A stretch of 64,000 nt of DNA from Desulfobacterales bacterium (GTDB lineage Bacteria; Desulfobacterota; Desulfobacteria; Desulfobacterales; UBA5852). The stretch is from assembly GCA_963674755.2 (NCBI GenBank), contig CAXXVS010000002.1, positions 384,001 through 448,000 of the forward strand, in the 5' to 3' direction. The translations under genes were made by a program, and so were the position numbers. Shown one piece after another: positions 54,265 to 62,554 of this stretch. The notes beneath the pieces are model-generated. The model worked only from the letters and a program-made list of their open reading frames with translations. It did not search any database and was not told where the DNA came from. Every line of letters starts with the position of its first letter. The stretch's first letter is position 1.

Positions 54265-54687
54265 TTAGTCTGAAGGTCCTTTAGGGGGATCCTCGAGCAG
54301 CCGAATAATGGCGTGCTCGATGGTCTGGGAGTTGAAGGGCTTGTCGATAAAAATGTCCACACCGATCCCGGCCGCCTGGGCATACAATTGTCGGGACCCG
54401 AAAGCCGTGATCAGGATCATGGGGGTCTCAGGGGCCACGCTTTTGGCTTCCCGCAGCATCTCAAGCCCGTCCCGGTCCGGCAGCTGGTAGTCGCAGATCA
54501 GGATATCCACGCCGCCCTGACGGAGAAGCGTAAGGCCCTGCTGGGCGGTTTCGGCCGTGGTGACCCGGCATCCCTCGCAGCTCAGGCAGACGGACATGGA
54601 ATCCCTGATCCAGGCATCGTCGTCCACCAGCAGGATGTGTTTATCCTTGAGGTGTTGGGTTCTTGGGTGACTTCTAGGGGATCTCAT
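54265..54687 (-). CDS. Stand-alone response regulator (REC)
   Basis: LVDDD, ICDYQLPDRDG, ITAF, IDKP. Confidence 0.88.
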   Translation of the reverse strand: MRSPRSHPRTQHLKDKHILLVDDDAWIRDSMSVCLSCEGCRVTTAETAQQGLTLLRQGGVDILICDYQLPDRDGLEMLREAKSVAPETPMILITAFGSRQLYAQAAGIGVDIFIDKPFNSQTIEHAIIRLLEDPPKGPSD

Positions 54688-54700
54688 GGCCGGTTTCCCT

Positions 54701-57451
54701 TCAAACGGTCGTTGTCTCCGAATCCTGGCGGGATGGGAAGGATGCCGCGGAATGATCGGTGACTGTATCGGGCATGTCCGCATCTGCCGTAGGAATATCG
54801 ATGGTCAGCTCAATGGCCCCCATTTCACGGTTATGGTGCTGGCGGAAGCCGGTTTTGCGGCCCAGCCGCAGCATATAGGTATTGTCGGGGAGCACATAGC
54901 CCACGACGGTCTGGATCTCCAGTGTGTGGGCGGCAGAGATCAGCTTGCCCAGCAAGGCGGCTCCGATACCCTGTCCGTGAAGGGCATCGGCCACCATGAT
55001 GGAAAACTCGGCGCGGTTGTTGAGGGCCGATTCGCGAATCAGGCGCGCTGCCCCGAGCATTTCCTCCCCCTGGGGAACTTCCGCCATGGCCACCAGGGCT
55101 ATGTCACGGCCGTAGTCGATTTGGGTGAAGCGGGCCAGCATCTCCGGGGAGATGCGTTTCAGGGGACTGAAAAACCGAAAGTAAATGCTCTCCGAGGAGA
55201 GTTTCTGGAACAAGTCCGCAAACAGCGGGGCATCCTCCGGCTTGATGGGGCGGATCAGCATGTGGAGGCCGCTGCGGGTGACGACATGCTCTTCCAGTTG
55301 ATGGGGGTAGGGGCTGATGACCAGATGGTCGGGGGCGGCCTCCGGGCTGGCTTCGAGGCGGATGCGGGCGTCCGCCGCCCGGAGGCGGTTGTCCACGACC
55401 ATGGCCGGATTGATGTCGAGTTCGGCAATTTCGGGAAAGTCCGTCACGAGCCGGCTGACACGGATCAATACTTCCTCCAGGTGCTCCAGGGAGACGGCCG
55501 CTTGGCCGCGGCAGCCTTTGAGCAGTGCGGCGATACGGGTCTCTTCAATCATCTGACCGGCCAAAGCGCGGTTCAGGGGGGGTAGTGCGATGGTGCGGTC
55601 GCGCAGAATTTCGGTGTAGATCCCGCCGGCGCCGAATAGCACCACGGGACCGAAGACGGGATCGCGACGGGCGCCGATGATGAGCTCATAGGCGGCCCCC
55701 TGTAACATGGGCTGAACGGAAACACCTGTGATGGAGGCCTCGGCCGCCCTGAGCACGAGACGTGCGTAGGCCTCTTCGACCGCGGCGGCGGTTTCCAGGG
55801 ACAGGTAGACACCGCCGGCCTCGGATTTGTGGACGATGTCCGGTGATACGATCTTCAGGACCACCGGATAGCCGATCTGCTCGGCCAGGCGAACGGCCTC
55901 CGCCGGTGTGCGGGCCAGCTTGACCGGGTTTATCGGAATACCGTAGGCCGCCAGGATGGGTTTGGTTTGCAGCTCATCCAGGGCGAACGTTTGGGCATCC
56001 ATCAACCGGTCGATAAAGCCCTTGGCCCGGGGGCGATCCACCGTGAGTTCCGAAGAAAAACGGCCGGGAATTTCCTGGAGCATTTTCTGGCGGCGGCGAT
56101 GGGCTTCGAGCCGTTGAAAGGCGGCCACAGCCCGCTCGGGCGTCGTATAGGTGGGATAGCCCTGAAGGTTGAACTGGTAAACGGCCTGGTCGACGCTTGT
56201 GCCCCCCATCCACACCGGGAAGACGGGGAATTTCGGTTTTTGCTTGAGATAGTCGATGATGGCGTTGGACACGGCGGTCGAGTTGCTCAAGGCCTGGGGA
56301 ATGAAGATGATGATCAGGCCGTCGATAGCGGGATCGGCCGCACAGATTTCCACGGCCTGCCGCCACCGCTCGGGTGAGGCGTCGCCGATGATGTCGATGG
56401 GATTGCCATGGCTCCAGAAGGGCGGCAGAATCGCATCCAGGCGGTCCATGGTCTCCGGGGAGAGCTGGGCCGGGGTCAAGCCCACGCGGTCGATGGCATC
56501 CATGGCCACGACACCCGGCCCGCCGCCGTTGGTGATGACGGCCAGGCGTGGACCGGCCGGAAAGGGCTGCTTGGCGATCAGTTCCGTGCAGTCAAAGAGT
56601 TCTTCAATGGTGTCGACCTGGGTGATGCCGGCCCGTGCAAAAGCGGCGCGGTAGACATCGTCCGCCCCGGCCAGGGCGCCGGTGTGGGAATAGGCCGCTT
56701 TCGCTCCGGCCTGTGACCGGCCGGCCTTGAGCACGATAATGGGTTTGATGCGGGAGGCTGCCCGGGCGGCGCTTATGAACTTGCGGGCCTGGGTGATGTT
56801 TTCCACGTAGAGTACGATGGAACGGCAGCCGCTGTCCGCGCAGCAATAATTGAGCAGATCGCCGAAATCCACGTCCAGCATGCAGCCGATGCTGATGAAA
56901 TGACGAAACCCGATATGTTCCCGGGCCGCGCGGTCGAGGATGGCCAGGCACATGGCACCGCTTTGGGAGATGAAGGTGATGTTGCCGGCGGGCGGCATGC
57001 GATCCAGAAAGCTGGTGTTCAAATTGGCCGCGGTGGATATCACGCCCACACAGTTCGGGCCGATGATGCGGACCCCGCTTTGCTGCGCCGCTTCCAGGAT
57101 ATCCTCTTCCAGCCGGGCACCGGCGGCACCGGTTTCTTTGCCGCCGGCAGAAAGTACGATGGCGCTGTCCACCCCGGTGTGACCGCAATCCTCGATCACG
57201 CCCTGGGCGGCCTCGATGGGGGTGGCGATCACGGCCAGGTCGATGGTCTTTCCGATCGCCGCCAGATTGGGGTAGGCGGGCAGGCCGTTGATGGTCTGCC
57301 GGCCGGAATTGACCGGGTAGATCTTGCCCTTGTAGCCGCCGGCCACCAGGTTGCGAATCACGACGTAACCGACGCGTCCGGGGGTATCGCTGGCGCCGAT
57401 GATGGCGACGGAACGGGGCGAAAAGAATTTCTCCAAGGGCGGCATCGTCAT
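54701..57451 (-). CDS. ADP-forming acyl-CoA synthetase-like domain fused to GNAT (Pat-type protein lysine acetyltransferase)
   Basis: IIGAS, IGPNC, SQSG, SHTGALAG, NPIDI.GDA, VHKSEAGGV, LDINP; GNAT IRPI.PED, AEF, QGIG. Confidence 0.92.
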   Translation of the reverse strand: MTMPPLEKFFSPRSVAIIGASDTPGRVGYVVIRNLVAGGYKGKIYPVNSGRQTINGLPAYPNLAAIGKTIDLAVIATPIEAAQGVIEDCGHTGVDSAIVLSAGGKETGAAGARLEEDILEAAQQSGVRIIGPNCVGVISTAANLNTSFLDRMPPAGNITFISQSGAMCLAILDRAAREHIGFRHFISIGCMLDVDFGDLLNYCCADSGCRSIVLYVENITQARKFISAARAASRIKPIIVLKAGRSQAGAKAAYSHTGALAGADDVYRAAFARAGITQVDTIEELFDCTELIAKQPFPAGPRLAVITNGGGPGVVAMDAIDRVGLTPAQLSPETMDRLDAILPPFWSHGNPIDIIGDASPERWRQAVEICAADPAIDGLIIIFIPQALSNSTAVSNAIIDYLKQKPKFPVFPVWMGGTSVDQAVYQFNLQGYPTYTTPERAVAAFQRLEAHRRRQKMLQEIPGRFSSELTVDRPRAKGFIDRLMDAQTFALDELQTKPILAAYGIPINPVKLARTPAEAVRLAEQIGYPVVLKIVSPDIVHKSEAGGVYLSLETAAAVEEAYARLVLRAAEASITGVSVQPMLQGAAYELIIGARRDPVFGPVVLFGAGGIYTEILRDRTIALPPLNRALAGQMIEETRIAALLKGCRGQAAVSLEHLEEVLIRVSRLVTDFPEIAELDINPAMVVDNRLRAADARIRLEASPEAAPDHLVISPYPHQLEEHVVTRSGLHMLIRPIKPEDAPLFADLFQKLSSESIYFRFFSPLKRISPEMLARFTQIDYGRDIALVAMAEVPQGEEMLGAARLIRESALNNRAEFSIMVADALHGQGIGAALLGKLISAAHTLEIQTVVGYVLPDNTYMLRLGRKTGFRQHHNREMGAIELTIDIPTADADMPDTVTDHSAASFPSRQDSETTTV

Positions 57452-57522
57452 GCGATCTCCTTTGCGAGAGGTAACGAACAGGTGCCGTCGGCAGGGCCGA
57501 TCGGGCTCATGCCCCACCCTTG

Positions 57523-57538
57523 AGCAGAAAATGTGCCA
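57523..57538 (-). promoter_or_regulatory. sigma54 promoter of the pat operon
   Basis: Minus strand TGGCACATTTTCTGCT, GG-N10-GC; AT-rich tract at 57555-57590. Confidence 0.75.
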
Positions 57539-57611
57539 TGGTGTTCTGCTTCGTTAATAAAATAAATAAAACAGCATGTTATAAAATTTTACGGGAGATT
57601 GGGCCGGGGGG

Positions 57612-57667
57612 ATGCGAAGCTGATTTCGCAAAAGTGCGAAGGGAGGAGTGGAAGGATTGCGAAGCTG
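57612..57667. promoter_or_regulatory. Phased enhancer array, TTCGCA-N4-TGCGAA class
   Basis: Palindrome TTCGCAAAAGTGCGAA at 57625-57640; TGCGAA at 57613, 57635 and 57658 (22-23 bp period). Confidence 0.7.
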
Positions 57668-59056
57668 TTAGGGGGTTAGTTTACGGTGCCGGTAGCGGAA
57701 CGTGTGGTGGTTAAGGCCCAATAAACGGGCGGCCTTGCTTTCATTGCCGCCGCTGAGGTGCAGGGCCTGATCGATGAAATGCCGTTCGATCTGCTCCAGG
57801 GTATGGGAGAGTTCGATTCCCTCGGTGGGTAGCGTGGGCAATACCTGCAGCCAAGTATCCGGATCGCAACCGGTTTGCGGGGAATTTCCCAGACCCAGAT
57901 CCTGGGGGGTCAGTTCGGCCTGGCGGCTGGTCAGAACCGCCCGTTCGATCAGATTTTTCAGCTCCCGCACATTGCCGGTCCAGCGATGGTTCCGGAGGGC
58001 CTGTTCGGTTTCCGTGGACAACCCTTTGAAACGGGTGCCGAATTTGGCGTTGAAGTGCTCCAGATAATATTTGGCCAGGGGCAGGAGGTCCTCCGGACGC
58101 TCGTTGAGAGAGGGGACTTGAATCTTGATGACCCCCAGACGAAAATAGAGGTCTTCGCGAAAGTGCCCGTCGGCCATCATCTTGGACAAGTCCCGGTTCG
58201 TCGCCGTAACGATGCGCACCGCCACATGCTGGGGTTTGGTTTCGCCGACCCGGTAAAACTCGCCCGATTCCAGAAAGCGCAGCAGCTTGGCCTGGGCTTC
58301 GGGGCTCAGGTCGCCGATTTCATCCAGGAAAAGGGTGCCGTTGTGGGCGGTTTCCACGAGCCCGGTTTTGCCGGATTCCCGCGCCCCGCTGAAGGCCCCG
58401 CCCCGGTAGCCGAAAAGCTCGCTTTCCACGAGGTCCTTGGGGATGGCGGCGCAGTTGACCGCCACGAAGGGACCTTTGAAGACCGGGCTGTGGAAATGGA
58501 TGGCGCTGGCCAGGAGTTCCTTGCCGGTGCCGGTTTCGCCTTCGATCAGAACCGGTGTATCGGCACTGCGGGAAACCCTTTGGACCAGATCCATCACGCT
58601 CTGGATGGCGTTGCTCTCCCCGATAAAGAGGGGCATGTTTTCCTTCAGGCACCGGGCCTGCAGGGCCTGGACTTCCTTGCGCAACCGAATGGTCTCCAGG
58701 GCGTTGGCGATGGTCAGTTCGATCTGGTCCATCTTCAGGGGCTTGACCACATAGTCGTGGGCGCCCAGTTTCATGGAACGAATCACCGTGTCGATATCTT
58801 CGAAGGCGGTGATCATGACCACCAGAATGTGCGGGTTGGCGGCCTTGATGCGCGACAGGGCCTCGATGCCGTTCATGCCGGGCAGTCCGATGTCCAGGAG
58901 CACGAGATCGGGGGGTGATTTTGGCAATGCCGCCAGGGCGTCTTCCGCACTGCCAAACCCGGTGACCTGATAGTGATCCCCCAGGGCGAGGGTGATGCCC
59001 TCGCGGATGGTGGGCTCGTCGTCCACGATGAAAAGGTGATAGCGGATGGCGGTCAT
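57668..59056 (-). CDS. NtrC-family sigma54-dependent response regulator
   Basis: REC, GETGTGKE, GAFSGA, FLDEIGD, WTGNVREL, HTH. Confidence 0.94.
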   Translation of the reverse strand: MTAIRYHLFIVDDEPTIREGITLALGDHYQVTGFGSAEDALAALPKSPPDLVLLDIGLPGMNGIEALSRIKAANPHILVVMITAFEDIDTVIRSMKLGAHDYVVKPLKMDQIELTIANALETIRLRKEVQALQARCLKENMPLFIGESNAIQSVMDLVQRVSRSADTPVLIEGETGTGKELLASAIHFHSPVFKGPFVAVNCAAIPKDLVESELFGYRGGAFSGARESGKTGLVETAHNGTLFLDEIGDLSPEAQAKLLRFLESGEFYRVGETKPQHVAVRIVTATNRDLSKMMADGHFREDLYFRLGVIKIQVPSLNERPEDLLPLAKYYLEHFNAKFGTRFKGLSTETEQALRNHRWTGNVRELKNLIERAVLTSRQAELTPQDLGLGNSPQTGCDPDTWLQVLPTLPTEGIELSHTLEQIERHFIDQALHLSGGNESKAARLLGLNHHTFRYRHRKLTP

Positions 59057-60522
59057 GGGGTCGCCTCCGTGCACGGCAGTTCGATGGTAAAGGCGGCGCC
59101 GCCCCACCTCCCGGGACCCACCGAAAGGGTTCCCCCGTGGTCTTCGACGATACGCTGGCTAATGCTCAGCCCGATGCCGCTGCTGCCGTGTTTGGTGGTG
59201 TAGAAGGGATCGAAAATCTTCTCCCGGAATTCCTCGGGGACGCCGGGGCCGGAATCTTCGACGCAAATCTGGAGACCGTTCGTGTTTTGTCGGGTTTGGA
59301 TGCCGATGCGCCCTTGGCCCGGATTGTTCTCGAGGGTTTCGGCGGCATTCGTAATCAGATTCAGCAGAACCTGCTCCATGAGCTGCGCGTCGAGCCGCGA
59401 CGGCGGCAGATCGGCTGCCAGATCGGTCTCGACCTGAACGCCTTTTTTGCGCAGGATCGCGGCCGCCAGGGCAATCGCTTCCGTTACCGGCTGATTGATA
59501 TCGGTCAGCACGAAGCAGGGTTCGGTGGGGCGCGCGAAATCATAGACCCGGCGGATGACGTTTTCGATCTTGTTCGAGGCGGATTTGAGCTGGGCGATGA
59601 TCTTGTCGACTTTTTCGTCTTCCCCGGGTTTGACGAGGAGCTTTTCGAGGGTATCGATATAGATATTGATTCCCGAGAGAGGGTTGCGAATCTCATGGGC
59701 GATGCCGGCCGCCACCCGCCCCAGGGAAGACATCTTGTCCTGGGTGCGCATCATGCGCTCCATTTCCTTGGCCGGCGTGATGTCCATCATATTCATCAGG
59801 ATGGCGTCTTTGTTGCGGTAGTCGATCAAGGTGGCGCGGCAGTACACCCATTTCAAGACCGAAGGGCGGTCCTGGCGCGGGTAGAAGCGACACACCATGT
59901 CGACCCGCGGCAATTGTCCGGACAGTAAGGATTCGAGCGAGGCTTTGAATTTGTGGCGGTCTTCGGGGTGAATGTGAACCAGTTCGAAAAAGGAGGCCTG
60001 GGCATCCGCTTCCCCGATCAGCCGCCGCAGTTCGGGATTGCGATAGACCTCGCGCCCATCCTGGATGATGCTGATGCCCACCAGGGCATTTTCCACCATA
60101 TCGTTGAGGCGCTTTTCGCTCTTGGCCAGGGCGGCCGTGGCCAGTTTGCGTTCGGCAATTTTGCCGATCCGTTCCGCGATGGCTTTCAGAAGGTTGCGCT
60201 TCTGGCTGGCAAAGGGCCCCTCCGCCAACGGCGGGCGCGCTTCCAGGTAACAGACTGTCAGATGTCCCTCGACACGGTCCTGAATTTTAATGGGTACCGA
60301 TAGCCGCCATGCGGTGGATTTAAAATTGTCGGTTTGATAGGTCTTGCCCTGCAAGGTCAAGCGGGCGCAGGAAATTGCGGGATATTTCATGGCTGGCAGC
60401 AGGATGTGCACGGCCCTTTCCAGAATGCCTTCCAGATCGATGCCCGGTGTCTCCACCAAGCGAGACAAGTCCAGCAGGCATCGCAGCTCCTTCTCGTGCA
60501 GGCTCAGTTCCAGATTCTTCAT
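59053..60522 (-). CDS. Cytoplasmic GAF-like/PAS histidine kinase
   Basis: No TM segment; IHPEDR PAS motif; AHEIRNP; DSGPG; FYTTK..SSGIG. Confidence 0.92.
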   Translation of the reverse strand: MKNLELSLHEKELRCLLDLSRLVETPGIDLEGILERAVHILLPAMKYPAISCARLTLQGKTYQTDNFKSTAWRLSVPIKIQDRVEGHLTVCYLEARPPLAEGPFASQKRNLLKAIAERIGKIAERKLATAALAKSEKRLNDMVENALVGISIIQDGREVYRNPELRRLIGEADAQASFFELVHIHPEDRHKFKASLESLLSGQLPRVDMVCRFYPRQDRPSVLKWVYCRATLIDYRNKDAILMNMMDITPAKEMERMMRTQDKMSSLGRVAAGIAHEIRNPLSGINIYIDTLEKLLVKPGEDEKVDKIIAQLKSASNKIENVIRRVYDFARPTEPCFVLTDINQPVTEAIALAAAILRKKGVQVETDLAADLPPSRLDAQLMEQVLLNLITNAAETLENNPGQGRIGIQTRQNTNGLQICVEDSGPGVPEEFREKIFDPFYTTKHGSSGIGLSISQRIVEDHGGTLSVGPGRWGGAAFTIELPCTEATP

Positions 60523-60530
60523 ACCCACTT

Positions 60531-60559
60531 GCTATATCAATGAGGATATCAACTTGCAA
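60531..60559 (-). promoter_or_regulatory. Possible sigma70 promoter for the kinase-activator pair
   Basis: Minus strand TTGCAA-17 bp-TATAGC with extended TG. Confidence 0.45.
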
Positions 60560-60676
60560 AGGAAAATACTTTCCAATGGGCGGGAGCGTCGATGCTCTCG
60601 AAGGTCTTTGAAATCAGGCCTTCTCATGCCTATGCGGCTTCGATAAGCAGGAAGCAATGACCTGTCGGGTAGTGCT

Positions 60677-61795
60677 TCAGGCGGGGGGCAGCTTGCGCCC
60701 GGAGTTTCGGGACGGCCGGGCGATCCCGCGATGGAGGACCATTTCTTCTCCGGCCTTGAATCCCTGCCGGAAGATATCCTGGTCCTGGCCTCCGCCCCGC
60801 TGAATGCGGCTGGTGCGGGGATGGCGCCGGTGGAAATAGGTGGTCAACCGGGGATCCGGCTGGCGGACCAGGGCGTTTTGATCGGGGCGGCAATCCGGGA
60901 GCCGCTCTTTTTCCAGCTTGTGACGAAACCCCTCGATGATCCCCACGGCGAAATCGCTTTTCTGGTGCCGTGTCAATCGCTTTTCCGATGTCATACCCCG
61001 CCAGCGGCGTTCGACATACGCTTCGACAAAATCAAACACATAGCTTGCCTGGGAGACGTTGATGGGAGTCCCGGAAATCTCGAGGGCGCGTCCCATTTTC
61101 CCTTTAGCAACCACAAAGGCCGGCACCCAGATGCCCTGCACAAAATAGAAATCCTGAATGAAATTGGCCAGGAAATAGGTTTCCTTGAAATGGCGCAAGG
61201 CCGGCCGTCCCAGGAAAACGCTGGTAAATGATCGGGCCGGATCGGTTTCCAGGGTGGTGATGTGGTGGCGGGCCATCAGGGCATGGGCTTTGCGCATGGC
61301 GGCTTCCGCTTCGTGCGCATTCCGACTTTGGGCCAGCGAGAGCAGTTTGCGAATCCGCTGCCGCAGGGGATTTCCCGTTCGGGAGCAACGGGCGGCAATG
61401 CGGTCGTGCAGCGGTTGGCGCGCCGCCGTGGCGGAAGGGTCGGCCCGCAGCATGAGGCAGGCTTCCTGGAAGGCGGGACCGTGGGCGGTTTGTCCCTCGC
61501 CGCCCAATGCGGTCTGGGCCAGCTGGTGGGCCATTTCGTGCCGGAGAACGTCGCGGACCTCGTCCCAGGGGTGGGATACCGCCAAGCGGCGGTTCAGGCA
61601 AATTTCCCTTTTAAGCGGATCCCAGACCCCCAACCGGTCGGCCATATCCGCCAGACGGAAAAGCGGGCGGCGCAGACGCCGGCGGTAATCCGGGGTCAGG
61701 TCGCCGGCGGCCAGGTCCCATTCATGGGAAAGGCCCATCAGGATAAGGCGTTCGTCGGCCGTCGGGCCGTTGGTCGGGTTCGGCATGGGGATCAC
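60677..61795 (-). CDS. SprT-like zinc metalloprotease domain plus DUF2786-like domain protein
   Basis: LRHEMAH (HExxH), HGPAFQ; RIRKLLSLAQS.N.HEA.AA..KA..LM. Confidence 0.8.
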   Translation of the reverse strand: MIPMPNPTNGPTADERLILMGLSHEWDLAAGDLTPDYRRRLRRPLFRLADMADRLGVWDPLKREICLNRRLAVSHPWDEVRDVLRHEMAHQLAQTALGGEGQTAHGPAFQEACLMLRADPSATAARQPLHDRIAARCSRTGNPLRQRIRKLLSLAQSRNAHEAEAAMRKAHALMARHHITTLETDPARSFTSVFLGRPALRHFKETYFLANFIQDFYFVQGIWVPAFVVAKGKMGRALEISGTPINVSQASYVFDFVEAYVERRWRGMTSEKRLTRHQKSDFAVGIIEGFRHKLEKERLPDCRPDQNALVRQPDPRLTTYFHRRHPRTSRIQRGGGQDQDIFRQGFKAGEEMVLHRGIARPSRNSGRKLPPA

Positions 61796-62472
61796 TTGGC
61801 CTGATAGCGCTTGATCGCGTCGAGAACGTAGGGATAGAGGTTGGTGACGATCATGCGGTAGCCTTGCGGGGTGGGGTGAATCCCGTCCGCCTGGTTGAGG
61901 CCCGGCCGTCCGGCCACCCCTTCCAGGAAAAAAGGCATCAGGATCAGATCGTTTTGGCGGGCGACTTCCGGGTAGATGGCGCTGAAGGCCCGGGTGAAAT
62001 CCGGACCGAGGTTGCGCACCATCTGCATGCCGGCCAGCACGACGATGATCCCGCGCGCCTGCAATTCGGATACAATGGCGTCGATGTTGCGCAGGGTCAG
62101 GGCGGGATCCACCCCGCGCAGGCCGTCATTGGCGCCGGTTTCCAGAATGACGATGTCCGGATTCAGGGTCAACATCCAGTCCAGGCGCGACAGGGCGCCG
62201 CTGCTGGTTTCGCCGCTGATGCCGGCATTGATGACGGTGTAGGCGAGCCCTGCCTCGTGCAGCCGTTTTTCCAGGAGCGCCGGGTAAGCCTGGTTTTCAT
62301 CGACGCCGTAGCCGGCCGTGAGACTGTCCCCCATGCAGACAATCACGCCCCGGGCGGTTTCCACCGCGTCGGCGGCCGGCCGGGCGGCGTCTTCCTGTGA
62401 CGGACGGTCGCAGCCGCCCGGAAAGCAGGCCAGCAGGACGAGGATACCGATGACAACGGTCTTGTTCTTCAT
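61792..62472 (-). CDS. tesA: SGNH/GDSL arylesterase (TesA-like)
   Basis: GDSL, GISGETSSG, GAND, DGIHP; adjacent to ybbP-like permease. Confidence 0.88.
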   Translation of the reverse strand: MKNKTVVIGILVLLACFPGGCDRPSQEDAARPAADAVETARGVIVCMGDSLTAGYGVDENQAYPALLEKRLHEAGLAYTVINAGISGETSSGALSRLDWMLTLNPDIVILETGANDGLRGVDPALTLRNIDAIVSELQARGIIVVLAGMQMVRNLGPDFTRAFSAIYPEVARQNDLILMPFFLEGVAGRPGLNQADGIHPTPQGYRMIVTNLYPYVLDAIKRYQAK

Positions 62473-62554
62473 GATGGTTGTTAATCCTTCGTTTCACTTC
62501 GGCGCAACGACCTGAATCCCTCGTCGGGACCCGGTCCCAAAGGGTGCCTTCGCC

